DNA from: an uncultured Gammaproteobacteria bacterium
Lineage (GTDB): Bacteria; Patescibacteriota; Patescibacteriia; Veblenbacterales; UBA10138
Direction: 5' to 3'
DNA length: 64,000 nt
Assembly (NCBI GenBank): GCA_964453605.1
Contig: CAYVOI010000001.1
Location: 166,276-230,275, forward strand
Under the pieces are notes generated by a model. That model saw only the letters and a list, made by a program, of their open reading frames with translations, was not told where the DNA came from and did not search any database. A program made the position numbers and the translations under genes. Position 1 is the first letter of the stretch; every line of letters begins with the position of its first letter. This document shows positions 1 through 9,430 of this stretch, piece after piece.

Positions 1-14
1 TTTTATGGCCGGAT

Positions 15-359
15 GTGCCGGGCGCCATGATGCCCACCGCCGGGCAGCTGCCATTTTTTATTTTTCTCTCGGCACTCGAGTCGCTCGCGTTTGGCATCGG
101 CGTTGCGTTTTTACTCTTTGGCTGGGCTGCTCTTCAGCGCTCCGGACGCACCGATGTTTTTACGCGCCTGGCCCTTATTGCCACTGCTTGGCTCATTGCC
201 TCATGGTGGCCGCACGATAATATGCATCGGGTAAACGGCTTGGATATGGCGGGCCTTCTCAAGATTGAGTATACTTTCCATTTCACCCTCATCCTCTCGG
301 GGTTTATCGTTGCAGCATACCTGTGGCGAGAGCTTAAGCACGCCCAGCGTACATTCTAA
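15..359 (+). CDS. membrane protein, possibly 5'-truncated by window edge (frame open to position 3; GTG at 15, ATG at 27)
   Basis: ORF track; hydrophobic helices (FFIFLSALESLAFGIGVAFLLFGW, LIATAWLIASWW); no in-frame stop upstream in window. Confidence 0.4.
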   Translation: MPGAMMPTAGQLPFFIFLSALESLAFGIGVAFLLFGWAALQRSGRTDVFTRLALIATAWLIASWWPHDNMHRVNGLDMAGLLKIEYTFHFTLILSGFIVAAYLWRELKHAQRTF

Positions 360-609
360 GGCGTCTACAAAAATGCCGGCCAAGGGCATTTGTTTTGCGG
401 AGACTGCGGGATACGGTCTTATTCCAAAAAGTTCGAGATCGGGGATGCTCCAGCTTGTGATAGGTTAATCCCGCTCGCGGAGCGTAGGTACCTGAAGGGC
501 GAGAGCACTCCGTATATGTGGGGTGCTTGCTTGTTCTTAAAGCCAAGTTTTGGCAAAAACTGCTATAATGAAACCGGCGTTTTCAATACTAAAAACTAAG
601 GTTTTTTAT

Positions 610-3600
610 ATGAAAATGAGAATTTTGTTGAGCATAGTCTTAGCTGGTTTGCTGTTTATAAGCTCTAGCCCAGCCTGGGCTCAGCTGGGTGGGGTAACAC
701 CACCAGTAGAACCAGCGCCAGTTTCAACTCCGGCCGAGCCAACAGTGGTAACGCCGCCAGCTGATACAGTCACCACTCCTACTGAACCAGTTACCCAAAT
801 CGTCACTCCGCCAGCCGACACCACGGCGCCGGTAATTTCTGGCGTAGCCAACCTCTCGCTCGCCGAGCACGATGCCACGATTGTGTGGACCACTGATGAG
901 TTGGCTGTTTCGACACTTGAGTATGGCACGAGCGCAAGTTACGGGCAGCAGGCCACCTTAGGCGTCAGTGCGCTGCTCGCGCACACCGCAGTTCTTACTG
1001 GTCTTAGTTCGGGCACCACCTACTACTACTGTATTCACGCCGCCGACTTAGCAGGTAACGCCGCCAACTCTTGTGGCCATACGTTCACCACTGCTGCGCA
1101 AACTGTTGTTCTCGACACCACGCCGCCCGACGTTACGCTGGTAACCGTGTCGCCGGTCACTGCCACAGGAGCAACCATTACCTTCACCACCAGTGAAGTA
1201 GGGAATGCACGAGTTGAATACGGAACAACTGCTGGCTATGGACAATCGACGCCGCTCGATACCGACCTTGCGCTCTCGCACAGCGTAACACTTAGTGGTC
1301 TCACGCCGAACACGCTGTACCATTACCGAATTATTACGAGTGATGAAATTGGGAACGAGAACATAACTCCCGACGAAACATTTACCACCACTACCCTGGG
1401 CGCACAAGCCAATGTTGGTTCTGCTGATACCACGCCCCCGGTTATTTCGGGCGTGGGTACGGTTACCCTCGGGCTCACCGACGCTACCATTGTTTGGGAA
1501 ACGAATGAGCTTTCCATTTCCACACTTGAGTACGGCACCACGCCAAACTACGGCTCGCACGCTACGCTTCCCTTAAGCGCACTGCTTGCACACAGCGCGA
1601 CCTTAACTGGCCTTGCCGCCAGCACAACGTACTACTACTGCATTCACGCCACCGATATCGCCGGAAATTCGACCACCTCGTGTCCGCACTCCTTCACTAC
1701 CCAGGCTACTAGCTCAGGGGGGTATGAAGCTATGCCGAATGTGCCCGTTACGCCACCCCTACAACCGGTCGAGCCGCCCCAACTCCCACAAACTCCTACG
1801 CCCGAGGTGCCTGGCTCTGGCGGGCAACTAGCGACTGTCACTATTACTGCGGTTGAAGCCAGTACTGTGAGTCAGACCGAGGTAACCATCACCTGGCATA
1901 CGGATGTGCCAGCCGATTCGCAAGTGTTCTATGGTGACAGTGAAAATCTAGGTAGTGCTAGTGAACTAAGCTTGACCCTTACCACCTCACACTCGGTTAC
2001 ACTTTCTGGCCTTACACCGAATACGAACTATGTGTTCCGCGTACAATCGAAACCAGTTGGGGCCCTCACTGCTACCACCCCCGGCTACTACGAGTTTACC
2101 ACCTTAAGCCACGAGGTACCGATTGTGGCGCCAGCTAACATTATAGCCGTTTCAGCTAGTGGAATTACCGCTACCAGCGCCACCATTACCTGGTTAACTG
2201 ACAAAGCTGCCACAGCGCACGTGGAGTACGGCATTTCGCCAGGCTATGGTGTTGTGTCCACGTCCAACCTAACACTCGCGACATCTCACGCCATAACTCT
2301 GACCGACCTGGAGCCCGCTACCGCCTACCATTTCCGCGTGAGATCGGTTGACGAGGCAGAGAATGAAACATTTTCGGAAGATTATACGTTTACCACTGCT
2401 GTCGCACAGTCTGGTTCCTCTGGGGGTAGCAGTGCGCTCAGCACCCCGGCCGCTATTACCGGATTAAGTGTTGGGGGATACGACAACGCCTCGGTAGAAC
2501 TTGTGTGGCACACTGAGAGCGCTAACGCCGACGTAGCCGCGCTCTACGATATTCGCTATAGTACTTCTCCCATTACTGCCGCAAGTTTCGAGAACGCTTC
2601 CCCTGCCCAAGCCACGCCAATTTACTACGGTGATGTAAGTCCACAGGGCACCACGCGCGCCTACATTGTGGCGGGGCTAGAGCCAAACACTATGTATTAT
2701 TTTGCGCTTACGTCGAAGCATGAGGCGAGCGCGTACTCCGATATATCAAACGTAGTTTCAATTACTACCAATAACACGAGCGTAGATACAGGAGCAGGAG
2801 AAGCTACGCCTGGTGTAGGGTCTAGTGCAGTGGGTGGTGGTAGCAGTGCTGGTGGTGGGGCTCTTGGTGGCTCAGTCAGTACACCGTACGGTGATGGCTC
2901 TGGCGGTACGTCCAGCGGGAGCTTTGAACCAACCATGGTAAAAGCCGAACCGGTTGACGGACAAATTGTTTTTTCCTGGCGTAACCCTGGAGAGCAGAAC
3001 TTCGTGCGTACGGTAATTGTGCGTAAAGTAGGTGGGTACCCATCATCGCCGGCCGACGGCACAACTATTTACGAAGGCCGCGGTGCCACCTACGCCGATA
3101 CCGTCCTTACGAATGGTGTAACGTACTTCTACGCGCTGTACTCCTATAACCACAGTAAAATCTACTCAAAAGGGCTATTGGTTTCCTTGGCGCCCAAGGC
3201 TGACATCAGGCAAGTACAGTTCAATGAAGGCGGAACACTGACCACCGTTGGCCCCGTATTCCATTTTGTCCGCAGCTGGAAACGGGGTGACAAGAACATC
3301 GAGATAGAACACTTGCAGGAGCTGTTGGTGGCTGATCGCGATTCATACCCCGAGCAGTACATCACCGGCTACTTCGGGGCACTCACCGAGGCAGCGCTCA
3401 GGCGTTTTCAGAAAAAGCACGGCCTCCCACAAACGGGAATTGTCGACGCCGCTACACAGAAGGAGCTGAATACTGTATCGCAGTCAGAAACCAGGTTGAA
3501 TATTCCCACCGACCTGGTGGTGTTTACTACCGATCTCAAGTTTGGGGATAGGGGCGAGGCGGTGAAAGATTTGCAACAGTACCTTATCTACGAAGGTAGT

Positions 3601-3747
3601 TACGCGGAGGCTATAATCAGTGGCTACTTTAGTACCTACACCTGGAAGGCGGTAAGGGCGTTCCAGGCCAAGTACACCATTAGCCCCGTCTCGGGCTACG
3701 TGGGGTATAAAACACGGCACAAGATGCAGCAGCTTGTCGGGTTATAA
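610..3747 (+). CDS. large secreted surface protein: signal peptide, multiple fibronectin-III-like repeats, two C-terminal peptidoglycan-binding (PG_binding_1-like) repeats
   Basis: Start moved to ATG 610 (AAGG 9 nt upstream, MKMRILLSIVLAGLLFISSSPAWAQ signal peptide); repeated ~95-aa units with motif TTYYYCIHA.D.AGN; C-terminal GYFG.LTEAALRRFQKKHGLPQTGIVD motif typical of PG-binding domains. Confidence 0.8.
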   Translation: MKMRILLSIVLAGLLFISSSPAWAQLGGVTPPVEPAPVSTPAEPTVVTPPADTVTTPTEPVTQIVTPPADTTAPVISGVANLSLAEHDATIVWTTDELAVSTLEYGTSASYGQQATLGVSALLAHTAVLTGLSSGTTYYYCIHAADLAGNAANSCGHTFTTAAQTVVLDTTPPDVTLVTVSPVTATGATITFTTSEVGNARVEYGTTAGYGQSTPLDTDLALSHSVTLSGLTPNTLYHYRIITSDEIGNENITPDETFTTTTLGAQANVGSADTTPPVISGVGTVTLGLTDATIVWETNELSISTLEYGTTPNYGSHATLPLSALLAHSATLTGLAASTTYYYCIHATDIAGNSTTSCPHSFTTQATSSGGYEAMPNVPVTPPLQPVEPPQLPQTPTPEVPGSGGQLATVTITAVEASTVSQTEVTITWHTDVPADSQVFYGDSENLGSASELSLTLTTSHSVTLSGLTPNTNYVFRVQSKPVGALTATTPGYYEFTTLSHEVPIVAPANIIAVSASGITATSATITWLTDKAATAHVEYGISPGYGVVSTSNLTLATSHAITLTDLEPATAYHFRVRSVDEAENETFSEDYTFTTAVAQSGSSGGSSALSTPAAITGLSVGGYDNASVELVWHTESANADVAALYDIRYSTSPITAASFENASPAQATPIYYGDVSPQGTTRAYIVAGLEPNTMYYFALTSKHEASAYSDISNVVSITTNNTSVDTGAGEATPGVGSSAVGGGSSAGGGALGGSVSTPYGDGSGGTSSGSFEPTMVKAEPVDGQIVFSWRNPGEQNFVRTVIVRKVGGYPSSPADGTTIYEGRGATYADTVLTNGVTYFYALYSYNHSKIYSKGLLVSLAPKADIRQVQFNEGGTLTTVGPVFHFVRSWKRGDKNIEIEHLQELLVADRDSYPEQYITGYFGALTEAALRRFQKKHGLPQTGIVDAATQKELNTVSQSETRLNIPTDLVVFTTDLKFGDRGEAVKDLQQYLIYEGSYAEAIISGYFSTYTWKAVRAFQAKYTISPVSGYVGYKTRHKMQQLVGL

Positions 3748-3909
3748 GGTGTACCATTCAGGTGTGTTTGTGTCGGCACCTTCCTCAAGGTGCCGCTGAC
3801 CTACGTGGTGCTCCTGGATGGTTTTGGCATGGCAATGCTGGCGTTCGTATTAATTTTCCTTTGAGCTAGGACCGTGCTAGGATATTTATGTTCTTCCACC
3901 CGGTAAAAC

Positions 3910-4959
3910 ATGAGTTGGTACGTAAGGCAATTCATCACCTGGCTTGCACCCATCGTTCTAGCGATGGCTGCTCTTACGCTGTTCCAACTGCAAGTCCATG
4001 AGCCATATGTAACCCAGCCAATCCCACCGCCCGCCACCCCGGCCGCTGCCCCAGCCAACCGCAGCCAACTGCAGCATAACATTAACGAACTCCTGGCGTT
4101 GGTGGATACCCATAACCCCCGCTTGGCGCTGCAAGAGCTGGCCAAGCGGATGCAGGTGAACAGCGAAGTGTTCAAGAATTGCCACGGCATCGCCCACACC
4201 ATCGGGCATGAGGCGTACAAGAAATACCGGGATTTTGTAATCGCCCTCCAGTACCAGGATAGCGTTTGTAGTGATGGCTACCTGCACGGTATCATTGAGG
4301 AGCGGTTTAGCTACGCCACGAGCGTAACCGCCTTGGCCAAGGAAATGAGCACCATATGCCACAGCGCCGTGGTAGCCGCCGGACGCTGCTACCACGGGGT
4401 TGGCCACGGGCTCATGTACTTTACTGGCAATGACCTGCCCCAAGCTATTCACCTGTGCGGCAGGTATAAGGGTGCCCCGCAGAGCCGCTGCTTTGAGGGC
4501 GTATTCATGGAGAATTTCATTTCCGACGACATCATTCACCCCTCTAGCTATCGCAGTAAGGAAGCGTTATTCTACCCCTGCCCCACTGAACCGTCCGGGT
4601 TGAAGTCGTACTGTTACTTCTACGTGCCATATTTTTACCGCAGCCTGCACGGTAACGACTACAGCCAGGCCCTCGCCTGGTGTACTACAGCTGAGCGGGC
4701 TGGCGTACTGCCGTGCATTCGGGGTGTGGGTAGCCTGGTTATGAAAAATCACCTTGATCAACCAAGCTACGCTGAACACGTCTGCAGCCAGCTACCAACC
4801 AAGCAGGCCCCCTACTGCATCGATGGTATGGTGAGTTACTATTTGACGTTTTACGACCACCTGGACCTGGCTGAGAACATGTGCGACCACCTGGCGGTGA
4901 GCAACCAGCCCGCCTGTCGGAGCGCAATTGTGCACCGCGATAAGCTGTTTGCTGATTAA
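3910..4959 (+). CDS. membrane-anchored Cys/His-rich repeat protein of unknown function
   Basis: N-terminal TM helix; six degenerate repeats of C-x2-G-x2-H-G/C-x-x-G-[IV]-G (CHGIAHTIGH, CSDGYLHGII, CYHGVGHGLMY, CFEGVFMENF, CIRGVGSLV, CIDGMVSYY); 22 Cys. Confidence 0.55.
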   Translation: MSWYVRQFITWLAPIVLAMAALTLFQLQVHEPYVTQPIPPPATPAAAPANRSQLQHNINELLALVDTHNPRLALQELAKRMQVNSEVFKNCHGIAHTIGHEAYKKYRDFVIALQYQDSVCSDGYLHGIIEERFSYATSVTALAKEMSTICHSAVVAAGRCYHGVGHGLMYFTGNDLPQAIHLCGRYKGAPQSRCFEGVFMENFISDDIIHPSSYRSKEALFYPCPTEPSGLKSYCYFYVPYFYRSLHGNDYSQALAWCTTAERAGVLPCIRGVGSLVMKNHLDQPSYAEHVCSQLPTKQAPYCIDGMVSYYLTFYDHLDLAENMCDHLAVSNQPACRSAIVHRDKLFAD

Positions 4960-4970
4960 CTCCTACGCCT

Positions 4971-5393
4971 GTGGCCAAGGTGCTAGTTACCACCATAGCT
5001 CTACTGCTGTTGGGTGCCGCTTGCGCCCACCCCCCGGCAGCCAGCCAAGCCCCCCTGCCCCCAGCCCAGGCTTCTCACCTCGCGCCCGCCCCGGCTGAGC
5101 CGGCTCTGTACCGGGTAGGGCACGTTACCTGGCACCCCCAGGGGTTTGTAAACCAACCTGTTCGTATCGTGGGGTACCTCCTGAGGCGCGAGGTGGGCTA
5201 CCTTTTATTTTCTGATGAAAACCACGGCCCGGTAACCCTGCACGACTTACCGGTTACTGGTTCCGGCCTTGATCTGGTAGCGTTCGGCCCAAAGTATCTA
5301 CTGTCGGGCGTGTTCCTGCCGTCCGGGTTGGTAGCGAGCAATAAGAACCCCTACCACTTGCAGCTTACCAGCCCGCCGCGGGTAGCACCCTAG
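4971..5393 (+). CDS. secreted or lipoprotein-like hypothetical protein
   Basis: Signal peptide MAKVLVTTIALLLLGAACAHP with possible lipobox; Pro/Ala-rich linker. Confidence 0.45.
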   Translation: MAKVLVTTIALLLLGAACAHPPAASQAPLPPAQASHLAPAPAEPALYRVGHVTWHPQGFVNQPVRIVGYLLRREVGYLLFSDENHGPVTLHDLPVTGSGLDLVAFGPKYLLSGVFLPSGLVASNKNPYHLQLTSPPRVAP

Positions 5394-5470
5394 TGCGAGG
5401 TGATTTGGTGTTTGGAAAAATCGGCTGCGCCTGCTACCATAGAACTACTTAAGCATTAAACAGGTCACCT

Positions 5471-5863
5471 ATGAACCCCGTAGTGCACTTTGAAATGCCG
5501 TACGAAGACCAAGACCGGCTGATACAGTTTTACTCCAGTGCGTTTGGCTGGAACATGCAAAAGACTGGTAAGGAAATGGGCGACTACGTTACCGCCTGGA
5601 CCGCTGAAACTGATGAGAACAGAATGGTAAAAACTCCCGGCGCAATTAACGGCGGCTTCTTCCCCAAGAAGCCAGACTGGCCGGCGCAGTACCCCTCGGT
5701 AGTTATTTCGGTAGCCGATATTAAAGCTGCTATGAGCAAAGTTACCGAGGCTGGCGGTAAGGTGCTGGGCGAACCGATGGAAATACCGGGCATTGGCAGC
5801 TACGTTTCGTTTACCGACACCGAGGGTAACCGCGTAAGCTTACTCCAGCCTAAGGGAATGTAG
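5471..5863 (+). CDS. VOC (glyoxalase/bleomycin-resistance fold) family protein
   Basis: MNPVVHFEMPYEDQDRLIQFYSSAFGW... typical glyoxalase-like N-terminus; ~130 aa. Confidence 0.75.
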   Translation: MNPVVHFEMPYEDQDRLIQFYSSAFGWNMQKTGKEMGDYVTAWTAETDENRMVKTPGAINGGFFPKKPDWPAQYPSVVISVADIKAAMSKVTEAGGKVLGEPMEIPGIGSYVSFTDTEGNRVSLLQPKGM

Positions 5864-5865
5864 CC

Positions 5866-6087
5866 ATGCCTAAGAAGCACGTTGTCAAACACCGCGACGG
5901 CAGCGTGTGGGGCAGAGGTTACCTCAGAAACGGTAAACCTGATGGGTACTGGGAGTGGTTTAGAACCGACGGCACCAAAATGCGCTCCGGCCACTTTAAA
6001 AACGGCCAGAACGTTGGTGAGTGGATAACGTACGACCATAAGGGCAAAGTGTATAAAGTAACAACGCTTAAACCTAAGAAGAGCTAA
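5866..6087 (+). CDS. MORN-variant repeat (YwqK-like) small protein
   Basis: Repeats GxW.W...G (GYWEWFRTDGTKMRSGHFKNGQNVGEWITYDHKGK); 2-nt gap after upstream gene suggests operon. Confidence 0.6.
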   Translation: MPKKHVVKHRDGSVWGRGYLRNGKPDGYWEWFRTDGTKMRSGHFKNGQNVGEWITYDHKGKVYKVTTLKPKKS

Positions 6088-6104
6088 TCTATATCTATAT
6101 CTAT
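6087..6104. repeat. (ATCTAT)3 microsatellite forming the entire intergenic spacer between MORN gene stop and PhnB-like start
   Basis: taATCTATATCTATATCTATGgca. Confidence 0.8.
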
Positions 6105-6561
6105 GGCAAAAATAACCCCTCACCTGTGGTACAACACGCAGGCAAAAGAGGCCGCTGAGTACTACGTTTCGGTGTTTCCGAATTCCAAGATTACCAACGT
6201 CACCACCCTACACAACACGCCATCGGGTGACTGTGATATTGTTTCGTTCGAACTTGTGGGCCAACCGTTCATGGCTATGAGCGCTGGACCGTTGTTTAAG
6301 TTTAATGAATCTATTTCCTTCATTGTGTCATGTGAAAACCAGGAGGAGATTGACTACTACTGGGGCAAGCTTTCGGCCGTGCCTGAGTCTGAACAGTGTG
6401 GTTGGTGCAAAGACAAGTTTGGTCTTTCTTGGCAGGTTGTGCCTGCCGATATGGCAAAAATAATGAGCCAAGGCACGCCGGAGCAAATTGATAGGGTGAC
6501 CCAGGCGCTCCTCAAGATGAAAAAGTTTGACCTGGCCACCCTAGAACAGGTGTACAAGTAG
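6103..6561 (+). CDS. PhnB-like VOC-fold protein (3-demethylubiquinone-9 3-methyltransferase-domain family)
   Basis: [30 protein letters not shown]... characteristic of PhnB/PF06983 family. Confidence 0.75.
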   Translation: MAKITPHLWYNTQAKEAAEYYVSVFPNSKITNVTTLHNTPSGDCDIVSFELVGQPFMAMSAGPLFKFNESISFIVSCENQEEIDYYWGKLSAVPESEQCGWCKDKFGLSWQVVPADMAKIMSQGTPEQIDRVTQALLKMKKFDLATLEQVYK

Positions 6562-6588
6562 GCTTACGTCCCAGGTGTCGACAGTACC

Positions 6589-6616
6589 ATAAACGCCAAC
6601 CTCAGTTGGCGTTTAT
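6589..6616. terminator. bidirectional hairpin terminator between PhnB-like gene (+) and DUF1059 gene (-)
   Basis: ATAAACGCCAA-ctcag-TTGGCGTTTAT, 11-bp stem. Confidence 0.5.
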
Positions 6617-6638
6617 GTATTGCATGGAGGTATATGGG

Positions 6639-6812
6639 CTACGCCTCTTTGATATTGGCGCGCATAGCTGCATTACTCAAACCTTTAGCCATGTCGGGAT
6701 GTTCAACCTTAACGTGGGACATCATGGCGTTCATAACTTCTTTGTCAGTTTCACCTTGCGCCACAAAGGGGCAGTCGGCCATGCCCATGCTGGCACAGGA
6801 AAGCGTTTTCAT
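6639..6812 (-). CDS. DUF1059-family small protein (57 aa), not in supplied ORF track because it is <60 aa
   Basis: Manual translation of minus strand: MKTLSCASMGMADCPFVAQGETDKEVMNAMMSHVKVEHPDMAKGLSNAAMRANIKEA; paralogous to 7052..7237 and 11129..11314 (shared SC..G..DC.F...G....E....M..H....HP motif). Confidence 0.6.
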   Translation of the reverse strand: MKTLSCASMGMADCPFVAQGETDKEVMNAMMSHVKVEHPDMAKGLSNAAMRANIKEA

Positions 6813-7051
6813 AAAGCGTTAGTAGTTAGTTGATAAACCAACAGCGCGTAGAGCGCTGTTGGGTGCTTACCAGCATCTTAAAGAGTACTAGTAAACACAG
6901 AGTACAGCATAGCTTGGGCATAATGAATTAAGTGTGAACGTTTCGCTCATTGTTTGAAACACTAGTGCAGTTATGAGCGTTATATACCTACGCGTGGACG
7001 TGGCCCCGAGGTTGCGTCCAGGTGCGTTAACTATTAACCTGCATAAGGTTT

Positions 7052-7237
7052 ATGAAAATCTTATCGTGTGCTGACCTCGGCGTAGCTGATTGTAATTTTG
7101 TAGCTCGCGGTCAGAGTGAGCAGGAGGTTATTGGTAAGATGATGTCGCACGCCAAGCCCAGCCATCCGGACCTCCTGAAGACAGACCCCAAGCAGATGGT
7201 CTCGCTCATCAAGGAGCAGGTACCAGTTTCTGCCTAA
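7052..7237 (+). CDS. DUF1059-family small protein
   Basis: MKILSCADLGVADCNFVARGQSEQEVIGKMMSHAKPSHPDLL...; followed by strong terminator. Confidence 0.7.
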   Translation: MKILSCADLGVADCNFVARGQSEQEVIGKMMSHAKPSHPDLLKTDPKQMVSLIKEQVPVSA

Positions 7238-7249
7238 GTACATTATTAA

Positions 7250-7287
7250 CCCAGGCCGCAGCGGAGGCTGCGGCCTGGGTTGTTTGT
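7250..7287 (+). terminator. rho-independent terminator
   Basis: CCCAGGCCGCAGC-ggag-GCTGCGGCCTGGG followed by TTGTTTGT. Confidence 0.7.
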
Positions 7288-7305
7288 GCTGTAATTGAAA
7301 CCGTT

Positions 7306-7314
7306 TGGTATACT
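7306..7314 (+). promoter_or_regulatory. extended -10 promoter TGGTATACT upstream of M23 peptidase gene
   Basis: Motif TGnTATACT recurs ahead of many genes in this window. Confidence 0.45.
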
Positions 7315-7352
7315 GGGCGTTATATAGGTAACGGGATTCTTATTTCTTTCGC

Positions 7353-8375
7353 ATGTTGATGTGGAAACGCTGTAGCACGTTGGTCGCAGCTCTAGTGGTA
7401 GTGTGGGCGCAGTTTCCCGTGACTACTACCCTGGCCCAAGAAACTAGGCCAATAGTTTTCCCTACCGACGTTACCCAAACCACCTTTAGTGATGACTTTG
7501 GCGACCTACGTGCTGGGCACCTGCACGAGGGCATAGACATACTGGGCCGGAAAATGCTCCCCCTGTACTCGGCCGTTAACGGCTGGGTGAGGTACGTGGT
7601 TATTCCTGAAGCTTCCTACGGTTACGCCATAGTGCTCGAGGATGTTGATGGCTACACGTACCACTACCTGCACGTAAACAACGACAACCCAGGTACCGAC
7701 GATGGCTTAGGCGGCCCTGAGCACGCCTACGCCCCGGGTATTGAGCGTGGCGCCGCCGTTACCAAGGGGCAGCTCGTAGGCTGGATGGGGGACAGTGGTA
7801 ATGCGGAGAACGTGGGACCTCACCTGCACTTTGAAATTCGTTTACCCGACGGCACAGCTATTGACCCCTACCCAAGCTTAGTAGCTGCCCGCAACGTTGG
7901 CAGCTACAGCGTGAGCGAGGCCTTGGCAGGTAGCCCGGACATTAACACTGACAAGGGGTTACTGGCTATACCCGGTGTAACGCCACCTTGTGTGTCAGGC
8001 CGCAGGATTAAGCTCGCCACCTCCCGCGCCGTGTACTACTGCGGAGCCGATGGTAAGCGCTACGTGTTTCCCAACACCAAGGTGTACTACAGCTGGTACC
8101 GTGACTTTACCGGTGTCACCGTGCTAACAGCCCCACAAATGGCCAACATACCTCTCGGAGGCAACGTTACCTACCGCCCAGGCTACCGCATGATAAAAAT
8201 TCAAACCGACCCCAAGGTCTACGTAGTAGGGAAGAGTGGGGTTTTGGGCTGGGTAGGGTCGCAGGCTCTAGCTGCTGAGCTCTACGGCGACGCTTGGGCT
8301 ACTAAGGTGGACGACGTGCCCGATGCGTTTTTTGTGAACTACCAAGTGGGCGAACCAATCTTACGAGCCCGGTAG
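7353..8375 (+). CDS. M23-family metallopeptidase (peptidoglycan endopeptidase-like) with signal peptide and C-terminal domain of unknown function
   Basis: HLHEGIDILG ... GDSGNAENVGPHLHFEI motifs (HxxxD / HxH of M23). Confidence 0.8.
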   Translation: MLMWKRCSTLVAALVVVWAQFPVTTTLAQETRPIVFPTDVTQTTFSDDFGDLRAGHLHEGIDILGRKMLPLYSAVNGWVRYVVIPEASYGYAIVLEDVDGYTYHYLHVNNDNPGTDDGLGGPEHAYAPGIERGAAVTKGQLVGWMGDSGNAENVGPHLHFEIRLPDGTAIDPYPSLVAARNVGSYSVSEALAGSPDINTDKGLLAIPGVTPPCVSGRRIKLATSRAVYYCGADGKRYVFPNTKVYYSWYRDFTGVTVLTAPQMANIPLGGNVTYRPGYRMIKIQTDPKVYVVGKSGVLGWVGSQALAAELYGDAWATKVDDVPDAFFVNYQVGEPILRAR

Positions 8376-8382
8376 TGGTTTT

Positions 8383-8895
8383 GTGGTGTATACTAAGAGT
8401 ATGCGCTACAGCCAAGAGCAGTACGTGTGGGAAACACTCCGACTCGTGATGGGTTGGCTGTTCCTCTGGGCTTTTTTCGACAAGCTGTTTGGGTTAGGGT
8501 TTGCGACGCTGCCTGACAAGGCTTGGGCGGGGGGCGCCTCGCCAACCTACTGGTTTTTGAAGTTTGCTGCCACTGGCGCCATGGGTAGCTTTTACCACCA
8601 CCTGGCTGGTAGTGGACTAGTGGATTGGTTGTTCATGCTAGGGTTGCTAGCAGTGGGGGTAAGCTTAACACTCGGCATACTAGTGCGGTTGGGGAGTTTA
8701 CTGGGGGTGCTGATGGTACTGCTTATGTTTACCGCCCTCTCGCTCCCACCCGCCAACAACCCGCTGTTTGATGAGCACATTGTGTATGCCGTGGTCTTTT
8801 TTGGTATTCACGTTACCCGGCCTGGGTTGTGGCTTGGCTTAGGCAACTGGTGGCGCAGTACCACGTTGGTACGGGGGTACCCGTGGTTAGAGTAA
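8383..8895 (+). CDS. DoxX-family membrane protein
   Basis: 4 predicted TM helices, WLFLWAFFDKLFG motif typical of DoxX. Confidence 0.55.
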   Translation: MVYTKSMRYSQEQYVWETLRLVMGWLFLWAFFDKLFGLGFATLPDKAWAGGASPTYWFLKFAATGAMGSFYHHLAGSGLVDWLFMLGLLAVGVSLTLGILVRLGSLLGVLMVLLMFTALSLPPANNPLFDEHIVYAVVFFGIHVTRPGLWLGLGNWWRSTTLVRGYPWLE

Positions 8896-8909
8896 ACGTG
8901 TACAGAGGT

Positions 8910-8945
8910 AACAAAACATCCCGCTGGCCGGCGGGATGTTTTGTT
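8910..8945. terminator. bidirectional terminator hairpin between convergent genes
   Basis: AACAAAACATCCCGC-tggccg-GCGGGATGTTTTGTT, 15-bp stem. Confidence 0.6.
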
Positions 8946-8962
8946 AAGCCTAATGTAAAGAC

Positions 8963-9430
8963 TTAGAGGTTGTCCTGGCCTTGGCCGCCGCCTTCTTCAC
9001 CAGGGCTGCCGTGGCAAGCCTTGGCATCGGTACGGAACGTGCCCCAGGCAGATTTCACAGCCTTGTTATAGTCCATGCGCGCGGTACGCTTGGCCTTACG
9101 GAAGGCACTCCAGGCAGCGCGAATGGCAGCCCGGCGTGCCTTGGTATCAGTCATGCCCCAGGCGGTGTGGAGGGCCGAGGTGCGTGCTGACAGTGCGCTC
9201 TGCATAGCGGTGTTAAAGGCGTTCCAGGCGCTCACCGTGGCAGCTTCGCGCTTGTCGACTGCGCTCGTCATACAGGCGAGATCAACTGGTGACTTCGTCA
9301 TCATGTGTTCGCCGGTGTTCGTATTTGCGTTCGAGTTGGAGCTCTCGTCGTTAGCCTGGGCTGCCAGCGCAAAAACGCCGGTTAAGGCCAGGGTAGCGAG
9401 TGAGGCTCCTAAAATTTTCTTCAAGTGCAT
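8963..9430 (-). CDS. secreted hypothetical protein (Ala/Arg-rich helical)
   Basis: Signal peptide MHLKKILGASLATLALTGVFALAAQA; no recognisable domain. Confidence 0.5.
   Translation of the reverse strand: MHLKKILGASLATLALTGVFALAAQANDESSNSNANTNTGEHMMTKSPVDLACMTSAVDKREAATVSAWNAFNTAMQSALSARTSALHTAWGMTDTKARRAAIRAAWSAFRKAKRTARMDYNKAVKSAWGTFRTDAKACHGSPGEEGGGQGQDNL

Noticed and set aside
390-599. Small ORFs in the 360..609 intergenic region (390..599 +, 334..546 -, 265..468 +)
   Set aside because: Located in promoter/leader region of the surface-protein gene; no start context or conservation signal.
681-1841. Minus-strand ORFs 681..929, 1048..1560, 1323..1541, 1644..1841 and plus ORF 1613..1831
   Set aside because: All lie antisense or out-of-frame within the long FN3 surface-protein gene; Gly/Ser/Thr/Val-rich mirror translations of the repeat region, not independent genes.
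550-3747. Possibility that the tandem repeats in this region are a CRISPR array or DGR target
   Set aside because: Repeats are ~285 nt, in-frame and diverged at protein level (FN3 modules); no short direct repeats with unique spacers, no cas or reverse-transcriptase genes in the window.
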